This document shows, in pieces, positions 52,666-62,254 of a stretch of DNA of 64,000 nt (the stretch's first letter is position 1; each line of letters starts with the position of its first letter). The position numbers and the translations under genes are program-made. The stretch comes from Candidatus Thorarchaeota archaeon. Its GTDB lineage: Archaea > Asgardarchaeota > Thorarchaeia > Thorarchaeales > Thorarchaeaceae. The DNA lies in the NCBI GenBank assembly GCA_048884965.1, contig JBHLQH010000004.1, positions 1 through 64,000 on the forward strand, given 5' to 3'. A model generated the notes under the pieces. It was given only the letters and a program-made list of their open reading frames with translations. It searched no databases and had not been told where the DNA came from.

Positions 52666-53061
52666 TCAACCTCCCAAGATGACCTGCATCAATCTGTAGA
52701 ATCTCATTGTAGCGATGGGATGACGAAGAAGTCCTTTAATCTGAATTTGGCGTCTTATTACCTCCTTGACCATGGAAGTCTTCCCACGCACAAGCTCAAT
52801 CATTGTATCAAAACTCATGACAATCTCAAGTGTCGGGTGCTCTACAAGATCACGAGATATTGTAACACCATTTTCGAAGGTGATGGAAATTGGATAGAAA
52901 TTCGTTCGCAGAAGTACAATCATTCTCCAATTCTGAATCTTCTTAGCGTTCTCAGGATCCTTCAAGTGTTCAGATAGCATCATCGCGAGAATGTTACCAA
53001 CAAAGTCGCGGGGATTGTTCAGCATAATTCTCTCAACCCACGGGGGCTCTTCGAGTCTCAT
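52666..53061 (-). CDS. SCP2 sterol-binding domain protein
   Basis: ISITFENG..., PTLEIVMSFDTMIELVRGKTSMVKEVIRRQIQIKG; ATG at 53061 inferred. Confidence 0.65.
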   Translation of the reverse strand: MRLEEPPWVERIMLNNPRDFVGNILAMMLSEHLKDPENAKKIQNWRMIVLLRTNFYPISITFENGVTISRDLVEHPTLEIVMSFDTMIELVRGKTSMVKEVIRRQIQIKGLLRHPIATMRFYRLMQVILGG

Positions 53062-53231
53062 GTAAAGCAAAGGTGCTTTTGAATATGGCTGTATCATGTG
53101 AGCAATTTCATAAGTGCATGTAATGATGTAAGTATTGGCGGTATCGATGAGGCATAGGTCTAATTCTGAGCCTCGGCTATGACGAATCGGTGAGCAGCTG
53201 AGAACCGCCACCTCTAAGCAAAAAGAGGAAT

Positions 53232-53275
53232 CATAATTCTTATTTATTTTAAAGTAAAGTCCATAATTCTTATTT
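53232..53275. repeat. Direct repeat CATAATTCTTATTT x2, 30-bp period
   Basis: Exact copies at 53232-53245 and 53262-53275 in an AT-rich intergenic region. Confidence 0.7.
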
Positions 53276-53621
53276 TTATAATATGAAATGTCATATTTCC
53301 GAATGCTTATAAGGTTAGGAATCTATTTCACTTAAGGAAAACGTAGGTTAATGAACGAATGACGTTCGGACCTGGCACATATTAGACAGGTTGTGACAAT
53401 CAAACTATCAGACAGTATCCGATCCTACTTTTTTCTCCAAATATCTGTCTGATCAAATGGTGAAATAAAATGTGCGAAGAGAAAATAGTAAGTATACCAA
53501 TACGCGTTAGTGAATGGCCTGAACTTGATAGAAATGGAGTGATTGTTAGTAGAATGACAGCTGAACCCCAACCAACAAGAATACATCTTGTTACAAGTAA
53601 GGTTCAGGAGAATAGCGACTA

Positions 53622-54137
53622 GTGTCGCTGAACTTGGTAGAATCGACCATGTCCGAAGCATGGTCACATGATCTACCACCCATTGGATTCACAATCAATA
53701 GGACAGGAACAGCTATGAATGTGAGGCGATTTCCTGAACCAGAGTGTTATCTGAAACTTAGTAGGCCACCTCAAGGTGCGCTTGAATTTTCAGTATATTC
53801 GTTCAAAGGGTCATCGCTAGATTATGAGAATCTTGACCATCATCTTATGAAGAGATTCGAAAATGGATATGCTCGACAAGTGGTGCTTGGAAAAAGAATC
53901 TATATCGAGTTAGCTGGGGTATCACGTCTAGCTAGAATATTCAGAATTGGCAGTGGTTTATCTCAGAAGGTGTGTTTCTCCTGCTTGATTCCTTCTCCAG
54001 ATGGTGGACCTTATGGACTCATGCTTGTCTATGGTAGATATTCAAGAACTCAGAAACTGCCCTCTGCAATTCATAGAATTATTGACACTGATCTACATAC
54101 CCTTCTTGAGAGTTTCATAGTGTATGGAGCAAGGTAG
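53622..54137 (+). CDS. Hypothetical protein
   Basis: 171-aa ORF; probable ATG at 53649. Confidence 0.55.
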   Translation: MSLNLVESTMSEAWSHDLPPIGFTINRTGTAMNVRRFPEPECYLKLSRPPQGALEFSVYSFKGSSLDYENLDHHLMKRFENGYARQVVLGKRIYIELAGVSRLARIFRIGSGLSQKVCFSCLIPSPDGGPYGLMLVYGRYSRTQKLPSAIHRIIDTDLHTLLESFIVYGAR

Positions 54138-54186
54138 TACTAGACCACTACAGTGTCACATCATTCTTCATTTCATGGATGCTTGA

Positions 54187-54240
54187 TTACTAGAAGACCG
54201 ACCAAGCAAATGATTTGCAGGTCGGTGGTCTTTCTAGTAA
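54187..54240. terminator. Long imperfect inverted repeat between convergent genes
   Basis: TTACTAGAAGACCGACC...GGTCGGTGGTCTTTCTAGTAA. Confidence 0.55.
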
Positions 54241-54245
54241 AGAAT

Positions 54246-57200
54246 CTACTCATCCAAAAGGAACTCTAGATTCCTTTGAAGTCCATCTAGCTCAGCGTCA
54301 GATTTTGGATCCACAAGGAAACAAGAAGTAAAGACCTTTGTTTCTTGTGGATTGGTCCTGGCACCTAATCCCATTGTACCAGATATAATCATCCCACCAA
54401 CCCCAAGTCCTAAGATGCCTGTATACTTACCAGCTTGAATTATAGCTAATCCATCTGGAGAAGCATCAAGATCTCCATTCCTCATCCAGATGACATTATT
54501 CGAAGGAACTGCGACAGATGGGACTTGAGAAGTATGATAATCTGTCATACGGTCATTCTCAAGAGCACGGAAAAGAGTATCAGGCACTACACCATCAAAT
54601 CCGGAATCCACGATAAGACTAGGTATTAACCTGAGAGGAGATTCTGTGGTATTCTCAATAATCCATCTTGTGAGGACTAGAGGACTACCACCTGTTGTAA
54701 GATACTGAAGTCGGAGTCGAACCCCTCGAGTCGATCGCTGTGTTTGTCCAATCCAAGAAATCTCAACTCCTTTCCATATGCCAAGGGAAATGGGCTTTCC
54801 ATCCATCGATTCTCGATTTGTTATGGCATTTGTGAACTGCTCATCGAGTGAGTCGTCCCATATAACAGGTTGAATGCCTCCATAGTAGTTGTTGAGGAAT
54901 CCACCTGGTTTCGCCTCAGCTGTTGGGTAGGATGATATTAAGAGTTCAGTACCTTTGCTATTCTTCAGAGAATAAAGACATCCTCCATACTCATGGGAAA
55001 CCTTGTACTCAATCAGTCCATTCTTGACAAGGTAACCTTTAGTGCCATCTTCCTCAATCTCTATCACTTCCACCTCCAGTCCAGAGGACCCTAGCTGGAT
55101 TATATCAAAGGGGAAGACTTTGGTTGTGAGAGCTTTAAGATGAAGAGTGCCTTCAAACACTTTGAATCCATCGACAGCCTCTTTTGTTGGTTTCAGTTTG
55201 ATCTCCAGTTCTTCATTATCATCAAGAGTATGCATCTCCAATTGATTTGAAGGATCAGTATTATCTGAAGGGGATGTAATCGATTTGATCGTTGGATGCC
55301 ACACAGCTGTAGCTTCAACCTCCAGATTAACGGGGAAAGGTGCAAGGATAGCCTTCTTAGCCTTCACGGATACAGATGCTTCGCGGAGTGAAGGAATCAC
55401 TGCAGGTTTGGTTTCAAAGTCGTAGAGCTGTCGTGTTGATGATTCTAAGTCGTCATCAAGCGATAGAATCTTCTTGCCGATCCTCAGACGATAGATTCTT
55501 TGGACGTCACGCCAGTCAGCAGCATTTAGCACCATGAACATCTCTGAAATCATCTTCCTTTCTCCGGATTCAAGGCTCATATTTGGATATTGCATGATTT
55601 GGACTTGATTTCCGCCCATCCGGATATCCTCTACCTTGGTCAGATCCCATATCTCACCCATGGTAGCGTGACTTCCCTGTATAGCGATCCAACCTTCTTC
55701 ATATGCCTCAGGAGATGAAGGGAAGGCAGGATAATTAAGGATGAGATGATTTGTGCTATCGCCCACTACACCTCCTTTTAGCGGAACGTACTTCTTGCCA
55801 ACGTTCAGACCTATCCCTTGACCACCTCCATAGAGCCTAAGCTGGAAAGCATGAGGTTCGTGTCCGGTATTAGTTACCCAGACCTGATGAATAATGACTC
55901 CAGTCCCCTTTTCGAATACTGCACGATCTTCAATAATCAACGGACGCTCAGGATGCTCACCTTTCATAGATACAACTGTATTCTCGCCCTCCATTGATAC
56001 ATCCACATCTCTGGGGGAGAATCTGAAGGAATCGATGCCAAAGGGTGGTCCAATCTGTGCGCGCAACATGATAGTACCTTGAAGATCAGCATAAGCATAT
56101 CGTGCCCTAAAGATGGCTCCTTCATAATCAAAGGTCGCATTGTAGTCTTTGGAAATAATCGTCCTCTGGAGCAGCCGGTCATCCACCCCAGTTGTAACTG
56201 TTCCATCGAATAAGCAATATACCGGGACTCGGAATTTCCTTGTTGTTAGTGATATTCCATTATTAGTGAGCTTTAGATACACCCACAAATCATATGTTCC
56301 TGGATCAAGTCCAATGTCTGCTTGAACATCAAAGATGATACCAGATTGTCCTTCTGGAGTCAGATGTATTTCTTTTTGAACCGGTGATACATGAAGCGAT
56401 TTTGAGGGACTCTCAATATGCACTGAGCCTTTCAATGCAAAGTCAGCGGCACTCATTATTGAAACTGGAATGCGAGTAGATCCCCCAGGGATGATTCTGA
56501 TATGATTTCCTTTATTCATTATTTCTGCAGCTGGCTTGATGATGAGCCCAGTTCGAAATGTGAACTTGATACCATCCAATTCAAACGAGGCATCAATTGT
56601 GGGAGTGCGTATATTTCTCCGGTGGATAGGAGCCTCAGGTCCAACAGTGAAACCAACCTCCCAATTTACGCTCCCTCCAGCGGGTATCTTTAGTGATGTT
56701 GAATCCTTGTCTTCAAAGGAAAGGGCTGAGAAAGCCTTTAGCTTGCCTTTGAAAGAAATATCCCTTGTCCCACCATTCTCCAACTCGATAATATATTTTG
56801 AAGGAACTCCACACAGGACTTTGTGCTGGTCAACCCGAGCTCGAATCTTAATCTTCGAACCGTCAACAATGCGTTCAATTGCTGTGATATAACGGGAATG
56901 CTTGTCAATAGTTACAGATAGAGAGTCTTCACCATGACTGAATTTGTATGGAAAGACTTCCATGTTGTCCTCGTGATAGTCATCAGGAGCTTGAATAAGC
57001 TCTCTCTGATGTGTTTCATACCAAGTGATACCATCAGGGAGTGAGGCAAAGAATGGCTCAGCTAGAGGATGATCGAGGATTCCGGGTACATAATCCTCCA
57101 TCTGGACACCATCGCCTGACGGATTCCACATGAGGCCAACCTTCTTGTAAAGAGGGACAGCTCTCATGTTTCCGGGCCATGTGTTCAAGTCTACCCTCTT

Positions 57201-57557
57201 TCGTCCATCCTTACGGGAGATTTCGATGGCTCGCAAGAGGAGACGTTTCCCTACCTTCTTGTTCAGCGCGTCAGGAGAAACACCGAGGGTTCCAACATAA
57301 GCAGCATCAGAGTCTCGAACATGAGGGTGCAATGTGCAAGAGCCTACAGGCTTATTCGTTTCATTGTCAATAGCAACTAGAATGGCAATGGAACTCATGG
57401 TGCCAAACAGCTTCTTTACACGTTCCTCATCATATGGAACTCCTTGTGTGTAGCCACCAGGCCAAAGATCTTCCCAGGTATTGTACATGTCCGCGAGATC
57501 CTTTGCCAATTTATCTTCATACTCAATAATAGTAATATCCGTCATTTCACTCATCAT
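54246..57557 (-). CDS. Large GNAT-domain protein (N-terminal GNAT plus ~900 aa beta-rich extension)
   Basis: LGVSPDALNKKVGKRLL; DLNTWPGNMRAVPLYKKVG. Confidence 0.8.
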   Translation of the reverse strand: MMSEMTDITIIEYEDKLAKDLADMYNTWEDLWPGGYTQGVPYDEERVKKLFGTMSSIAILVAIDNETNKPVGSCTLHPHVRDSDAAYVGTLGVSPDALNKKVGKRLLLRAIEISRKDGRKRVDLNTWPGNMRAVPLYKKVGLMWNPSGDGVQMEDYVPGILDHPLAEPFFASLPDGITWYETHQRELIQAPDDYHEDNMEVFPYKFSHGEDSLSVTIDKHSRYITAIERIVDGSKIKIRARVDQHKVLCGVPSKYIIELENGGTRDISFKGKLKAFSALSFEDKDSTSLKIPAGGSVNWEVGFTVGPEAPIHRRNIRTPTIDASFELDGIKFTFRTGLIIKPAAEIMNKGNHIRIIPGGSTRIPVSIMSAADFALKGSVHIESPSKSLHVSPVQKEIHLTPEGQSGIIFDVQADIGLDPGTYDLWVYLKLTNNGISLTTRKFRVPVYCLFDGTVTTGVDDRLLQRTIISKDYNATFDYEGAIFRARYAYADLQGTIMLRAQIGPPFGIDSFRFSPRDVDVSMEGENTVVSMKGEHPERPLIIEDRAVFEKGTGVIIHQVWVTNTGHEPHAFQLRLYGGGQGIGLNVGKKYVPLKGGVVGDSTNHLILNYPAFPSSPEAYEEGWIAIQGSHATMGEIWDLTKVEDIRMGGNQVQIMQYPNMSLESGERKMISEMFMVLNAADWRDVQRIYRLRIGKKILSLDDDLESSTRQLYDFETKPAVIPSLREASVSVKAKKAILAPFPVNLEVEATAVWHPTIKSITSPSDNTDPSNQLEMHTLDDNEELEIKLKPTKEAVDGFKVFEGTLHLKALTTKVFPFDIIQLGSSGLEVEVIEIEEDGTKGYLVKNGLIEYKVSHEYGGCLYSLKNSKGTELLISSYPTAEAKPGGFLNNYYGGIQPVIWDDSLDEQFTNAITNRESMDGKPISLGIWKGVEISWIGQTQRSTRGVRLRLQYLTTGGSPLVLTRWIIENTTESPLRLIPSLIVDSGFDGVVPDTLFRALENDRMTDYHTSQVPSVAVPSNNVIWMRNGDLDASPDGLAIIQAGKYTGILGLGVGGMIISGTMGLGARTNPQETKVFTSCFLVDPKSDAELDGLQRNLEFLLDE

Positions 57558-57725
57558 TCATCGCCACGTAGAACAGGACGTGCTTTTTCTTTCCTGCGGG
57601 GTAATAATGTTTCCAATAGTAGCAATGTGTGGTCACTGCATATGGTCTTTATGAAAAAAAGTGACCACTTCTGCGAAAGGGATAGCAAGAGTTATCCCTC
57701 TATACAAATATGGGACATCTACAAC

Positions 57726-60098
57726 ATGCCAGTCCAAAAGTACTACTCAGCTTGTGCACTCAATTGTCCGGATATTTGCGCCTATATAGTACATGTTGAG
57801 AATGGTATGATTACCCGATTGGAAGGTGACCCAAATCATCCATACACTTTGGGGAGATGTTGTCCAAAAGGGTATGCCCATGTTTTGAGGACCTACTATC
57901 AAGATAGATTGAGATATCCTATGCGCAAGCAGGAGAATGGTGAATTTCAAAGGATAACCTGGGAGGAGGCATTAGATGAGATTGCTCGCAAAATGAGAGA
58001 GGCGAAGGAAACCTATGGACCACAAGCTATTGGAATATACTCAGGATCTGGGAATGATGGCATGGCTCCACGGTATGCATCTCGCTTCTCCAATGCCTTT
58101 GGATGTAGGATGATTCCGGGAATTGTCGAGATATGCTTTGAAGGAGCCTATGAAGGGGCAAGATTCAATGTCGGACCATTTCCACCTCATGAGCTTAGTG
58201 ATTGGGTAAACTCACGTTGCATCGTCATTTGGGGCACAAACAAATTCGAGTCTGGGATACATAGCAAACGCATCTTTCAAGAGGCAATCGATAAAGGTGC
58301 CAAGCTTATCGTCATAGATCCTAGAAGGACTCCCTACGCAAAGATTGCAGATATTCATACAACTATACGTCCAGGGACTGATGCTGCCCTTGCATTGGGC
58401 ATAGCAAATGAGATAATTCAACGAGACCTGTATGACCATGAGTTTGTGAGCAAATACATTGCTGGTTTTGAGGAGTACAGGAAACGTGTAGCTCAATATC
58501 CAAAGAAGAAAGTTGGCGAGATTACTTGGGTTGATGTCAATACCATCGAAAGAATTGCAGAAGTCTTCGCAACCCACGGACCGGCACTTATCACTACCGC
58601 CCCTGCAGGTATGAACCACTATACAAATGGGACATGGGCAGCAAGAGCTGTGCATAGTCTACTAGCAATCTGTGGCTACATAGGAGTGTCTGGCGGGGGA
58701 TTTCAATATCTCTCATCGGATCATAGCCCTTTCAACGGAAACGCTGTGACTCTTAATCATCTACTTGATAGTTCAATCACTCCTCTTGTCCCGTCAGGAA
58801 CCTACATCCCCGAGTATGTTCTAGGGCAAAAAGATACGCCATTTCAGGTCTTTGTGATTCAAGCTGCGAGTCCATTGACTCAGTGGCCAAATACCAACAA
58901 AGTTATCGCAGCCTTTGAGAGGATACCCTTCAAAGTATGCATCGATCTTGAGATGACAGATACAGCAAAGTTATGTGATATTGTTCTTCCAGCCACCTTA
59001 ATCTTCGAACATCATAACCTCGTCCACAGTGAGCTTCATAGAATAGTCCAATATGCTCCGAAGATAATTGAGCCAGTGGGAGAGGCTAGAAGCGAGCTAG
59101 AGATCTGGAAGGACCTAGCATATCTTCTAGGGATGGGAGAACATTTCGATCTGACTGAGCTTGATGCAATACGACTTGCACTCAAGTCCGAGGAATGCTC
59201 TCATATAACCCTAGAGGATTTGATGAATCATCCACAAGGCATCAGAACAAGCGCACCATCAATCATATTCGAAGATAGGAAATTTGGCACACCTTCAGGA
59301 AAGATAGAGCTATTTTCTGAAACCCTTGCAGACCTCGGTCATGATCCTCTTCCGTTCCATGAAGAACCTGCTGAGAGCCCACTAAGTACACCAGAAGTGT
59401 TTCAGGAGTATCCACATATCATGATCTCAGGAAGACTTAGAGAAAGACTTCATTCACAATACACAACCGTGGAAGTCGGAGGATCTGTGAGAAGCTTCTC
59501 TCATTGCACTAGCTGCCAGAAATGTGTGAAAGACTGTCCAGAAGAAGCAATATCTCTAGTGGCACCAACTGCAAAACAGATGCAACACCAAGCAACAATA
59601 GAGCGAACAAAAGCGCCTCTCAGACAAACACTCGGTAGGTTGGTTAAAGGACTGGCAGTGGGATTTGAGGAGGGTCCTATTGATATCCCGAAAAACATCA
59701 CGGGATTCCTTCTTCCGGAATGGGACCAAAAGAAATGCATCGGATGTCAAGAGTGCTCTCTTGAGTTCTGTTCCTATGAAGTAGTTGAAACACCAATCCG
59801 AATGAAAGCAAGAAAAGAAGCTGACCAGAAACGAATGTTTCTGATAATGCATCCAAAAACCGCAGCAAGTCTTGGACTTCAGCACAATGATAGAATTGAC
59901 ATAGAATCCAAGAGGGGCAAGATCGAGGATGTTAGATTGGAGGTCTCGGAAGACATTGACCCAAGAGTAGTATGGTCATCAGATGGATGGTGGAAAGCAG
60001 ATGGCAATATCAATATCCTAACTGATGACAAACACACTGTATATGGTCATACTCCAGGATTCAATTCAGTGCTCGTTCGAGTTTCCAAGCATAAGTAA
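57726..60098 (+). CDS. Mo/W-bisPGD oxidoreductase (DMSO reductase family) with inserted 2x[4Fe-4S] ferredoxin
   Basis: CALNCPDIC...CPKG, RLRYP, IWGTN, IDPR.T, RPGTDAALAL, DIVLPA, TPSGKIE, domain IV. Start set at ATG 57726. Confidence 0.9.
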   Translation: MPVQKYYSACALNCPDICAYIVHVENGMITRLEGDPNHPYTLGRCCPKGYAHVLRTYYQDRLRYPMRKQENGEFQRITWEEALDEIARKMREAKETYGPQAIGIYSGSGNDGMAPRYASRFSNAFGCRMIPGIVEICFEGAYEGARFNVGPFPPHELSDWVNSRCIVIWGTNKFESGIHSKRIFQEAIDKGAKLIVIDPRRTPYAKIADIHTTIRPGTDAALALGIANEIIQRDLYDHEFVSKYIAGFEEYRKRVAQYPKKKVGEITWVDVNTIERIAEVFATHGPALITTAPAGMNHYTNGTWAARAVHSLLAICGYIGVSGGGFQYLSSDHSPFNGNAVTLNHLLDSSITPLVPSGTYIPEYVLGQKDTPFQVFVIQAASPLTQWPNTNKVIAAFERIPFKVCIDLEMTDTAKLCDIVLPATLIFEHHNLVHSELHRIVQYAPKIIEPVGEARSELEIWKDLAYLLGMGEHFDLTELDAIRLALKSEECSHITLEDLMNHPQGIRTSAPSIIFEDRKFGTPSGKIELFSETLADLGHDPLPFHEEPAESPLSTPEVFQEYPHIMISGRLRERLHSQYTTVEVGGSVRSFSHCTSCQKCVKDCPEEAISLVAPTAKQMQHQATIERTKAPLRQTLGRLVKGLAVGFEEGPIDIPKNITGFLLPEWDQKKCIGCQECSLEFCSYEVVETPIRMKARKEADQKRMFLIMHPKTAASLGLQHNDRIDIESKRGKIEDVRLEVSEDIDPRVVWSSDGWWKADGNINILTDDKHTVYGHTPGFNSVLVRVSKHK

Positions 60099-60102
60099 TA
60101 GA

Positions 60103-60573
60103 CTATTCTTTTGGCCAGCTATTGAGTAATTGGCGAAGAGTGACTATCTGCCCCAAGTGGTATGAATTATGCTGCGCTATCATCTGTAGTGCCCAGATCT
60201 TCGTACCCTGAGGCCAAGCAGGCATATTCGAGTCGAGATCCACCGTTTCTGCTCGCTTTGAGAATTCCCCTACACCTTCAAGGAATCTCTGGATAGTTCC
60301 ATCCAGTACACCCTGATCGATTTTCTTCTCAGTAGAAGGCCAATTCTCAGTTTTTGATCGGGACCAATCAACCTCTTTGTCATCGATGGCATCAAGCGTG
60401 AGATCTTGCCAGAAAGTCAGATGGTGAATCAAGTCCCAGATGGTATGGGTATTCTCTCCAACCTTCTTCAATGCTATTTCAACTGATATGCCTTTGAGCA
60501 CCTTCTCAGGATGTGCATGAATATGAAAGGCAATCATAGCCTGCTTTAGTGATGTGCGTATCTGTTCACTCAT
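60103..60573 (-). CDS. DinB family protein
   Basis: HTIWDLIHHL.FWQ; HNSYHLGQIV.LR. Confidence 0.88.
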   Translation of the reverse strand: MSEQIRTSLKQAMIAFHIHAHPEKVLKGISVEIALKKVGENTHTIWDLIHHLTFWQDLTLDAIDDKEVDWSRSKTENWPSTEKKIDQGVLDGTIQRFLEGVGEFSKRAETVDLDSNMPAWPQGTKIWALQMIAQHNSYHLGQIVTLRQLLNSWPKE

Positions 60574-60627
60574 CTATTACACCGATCGCAACGGATGCAT
60601 CATACTGGAATAACTGTTTGGTTCCCA

Positions 60628-61203
60628 TCAATCATAAAATTTCACGCCACGATCCATATCTGAATACTCATCCTTTGAATCTTGAGTGTCAAGATCATCT
60701 CTTGTTGACTCGTATTTCTCGATGGGCAGGATCGATTGTATTCGGGCAATTCCTTGGTAGCTCGTCAAGCGAGCATTGGTGATGTCATTACCTTTCTCAT
60801 CAGTGACGATCCAGCCGCTACGCTTATTGAGTGATTTAAAGGGCCAGTCACTCAGGCAAGCATCTCTATAGGTATTATCAGGTGCTCCAGATATGATATG
60901 CTCACTATTTGTGTACGGATCTATGACGACTCTAGTTATCAGTTCATTGTCACGTGCCTTATACATGGACATGGACGTATCTAACTCCTGAACGTCCATT
61001 GAATAGCCACCACGTCTGACAACACGAAAGGACCTATTTTTACTGCCAAACGCGACAGGCATTAGAACCACGAATAGTACCAAGACTACAGCAAACACCA
61101 GAACAGAGTTATTGGGAGTTAGTATTGATACAGTGATAGCCACTATTGCAAGTACGGATAGCACCATAAGTAGTCCACATGCCCCTCCATATCTATTCGA
61201 CAT
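60628..61203 (-). CDS. Hypothetical protein with two N-terminal TM helices
   Basis: 191 aa, hydrophobic N-terminus followed by a soluble domain. Confidence 0.6.
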   Translation of the reverse strand: MSNRYGGACGLLMVLSVLAIVAITVSILTPNNSVLVFAVVLVLFVVLMPVAFGSKNRSFRVVRRGGYSMDVQELDTSMSMYKARDNELITRVVIDPYTNSEHIISGAPDNTYRDACLSDWPFKSLNKRSGWIVTDEKGNDITNARLTSYQGIARIQSILPIEKYESTRDDLDTQDSKDEYSDMDRGVKFYD

Positions 61204-61468
61204 CTCTCATCCTCCATCTAATTGTAGAACTTCACTCCTTTGTCTATATCTGAGATTTCATCAGTCCTGTCGCAAGCTGTTAAGCAACTCAAAGTAGCAC
61301 CTTTTATTTTTGTCTCAATGTTAGCCTCTCTCTGAGCGAAACTTGAATTTAGCTATACTCGAAGACTCGCAACCACGATATCTCCAACTACTACTACATT
61401 TGAAAGGATATATAATTTGCATATGCCAAATGATGTATCCTGTTAACACAATTACGTAAGGGAGTGCA

Positions 61469-62254
61469 ATGATCCAAAAGGCGAATGACTCAGATATTGA
61501 AGATATTCTCAAGATAGTAGCACAAGCGCCACTTGAGAACATTATTCTCATTGCAGATATCACTCAGCTCAAGGAGTGGTGTGATATTCGAATATATTGG
61601 GATAATGATTCTATCAAGGGTGTCTTCTCCCTCTACAAAGATCTGGATTTCCTTGCGGGAGCGTTCTGGGTGGATAATAGCGATACACTAGCTGCATTGA
61701 TAGGTGACTTTGGAGAGGTCCTGAAAGGAGCTAGAATGGTCTTCATGTGTACTTCCGAACAGCTTAGAACTTTGCAGGCAATTGCGAAACATGTTGAAGC
61801 AATTGAAGAGAGACAAATGGTTATGGAAGACCCTTCACAGCTAAAATGCAAGGAGTTCTCAGAAACTCATAGACTGACTAAAGAAGACATAGAGGACTTG
61901 CGTGAAGTATATGCGCTTTCGGGTACTCCAGCATGGACTCCAAATGCTTTGGACTTGGGACCTTTCTTTGGCGTTCGAAATGATGAAGGGAGAGTCATTG
62001 CAGTTGCAGGTGTTCACTTTGTGAGTAAATATGGAGCTGAACTAGGAAATATAGCAACACATCCAGCTTATCGGAGAAAAGGATATGCTCAATGTGTGGT
62101 AGCTGCGGCAACAAAGGAGTTACTTAAGGAATCAGACAGAGTAGTACTTCATTTCTTTAGCGATAATGTTGCCGCGCAAAAACTGTATGAACGAATGGGA
62201 TTTGTGTACTCATCAGCAGACCCTGTATTCTTCACCAGGGTTGAATTGCACTAG
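61469..62254 (+). CDS. GNAT acetyltransferase (FR47-like)
   Basis: VAGVH, LGNIATHPAYRRKGYA, NVAAQKLYERMGF. Confidence 0.88.
   Translation: MIQKANDSDIEDILKIVAQAPLENIILIADITQLKEWCDIRIYWDNDSIKGVFSLYKDLDFLAGAFWVDNSDTLAALIGDFGEVLKGARMVFMCTSEQLRTLQAIAKHVEAIEERQMVMEDPSQLKCKEFSETHRLTKEDIEDLREVYALSGTPAWTPNALDLGPFFGVRNDEGRVIAVAGVHFVSKYGAELGNIATHPAYRRKGYAQCVVAAATKELLKESDRVVLHFFSDNVAAQKLYERMGFVYSSADPVFFTRVELH

Noticed and set aside
53220-53340. Replication origin
   Set aside because: AT-rich with repeats, but no ORB/G-string motif or adjacent cdc6/orc1.
57444-57725. N-terminal 94 aa of the 884-aa ORF
   Set aside because: It overlaps the opposite-strand GNAT gene and its promoter; the Fe-S motif begins just after ATG 57726.
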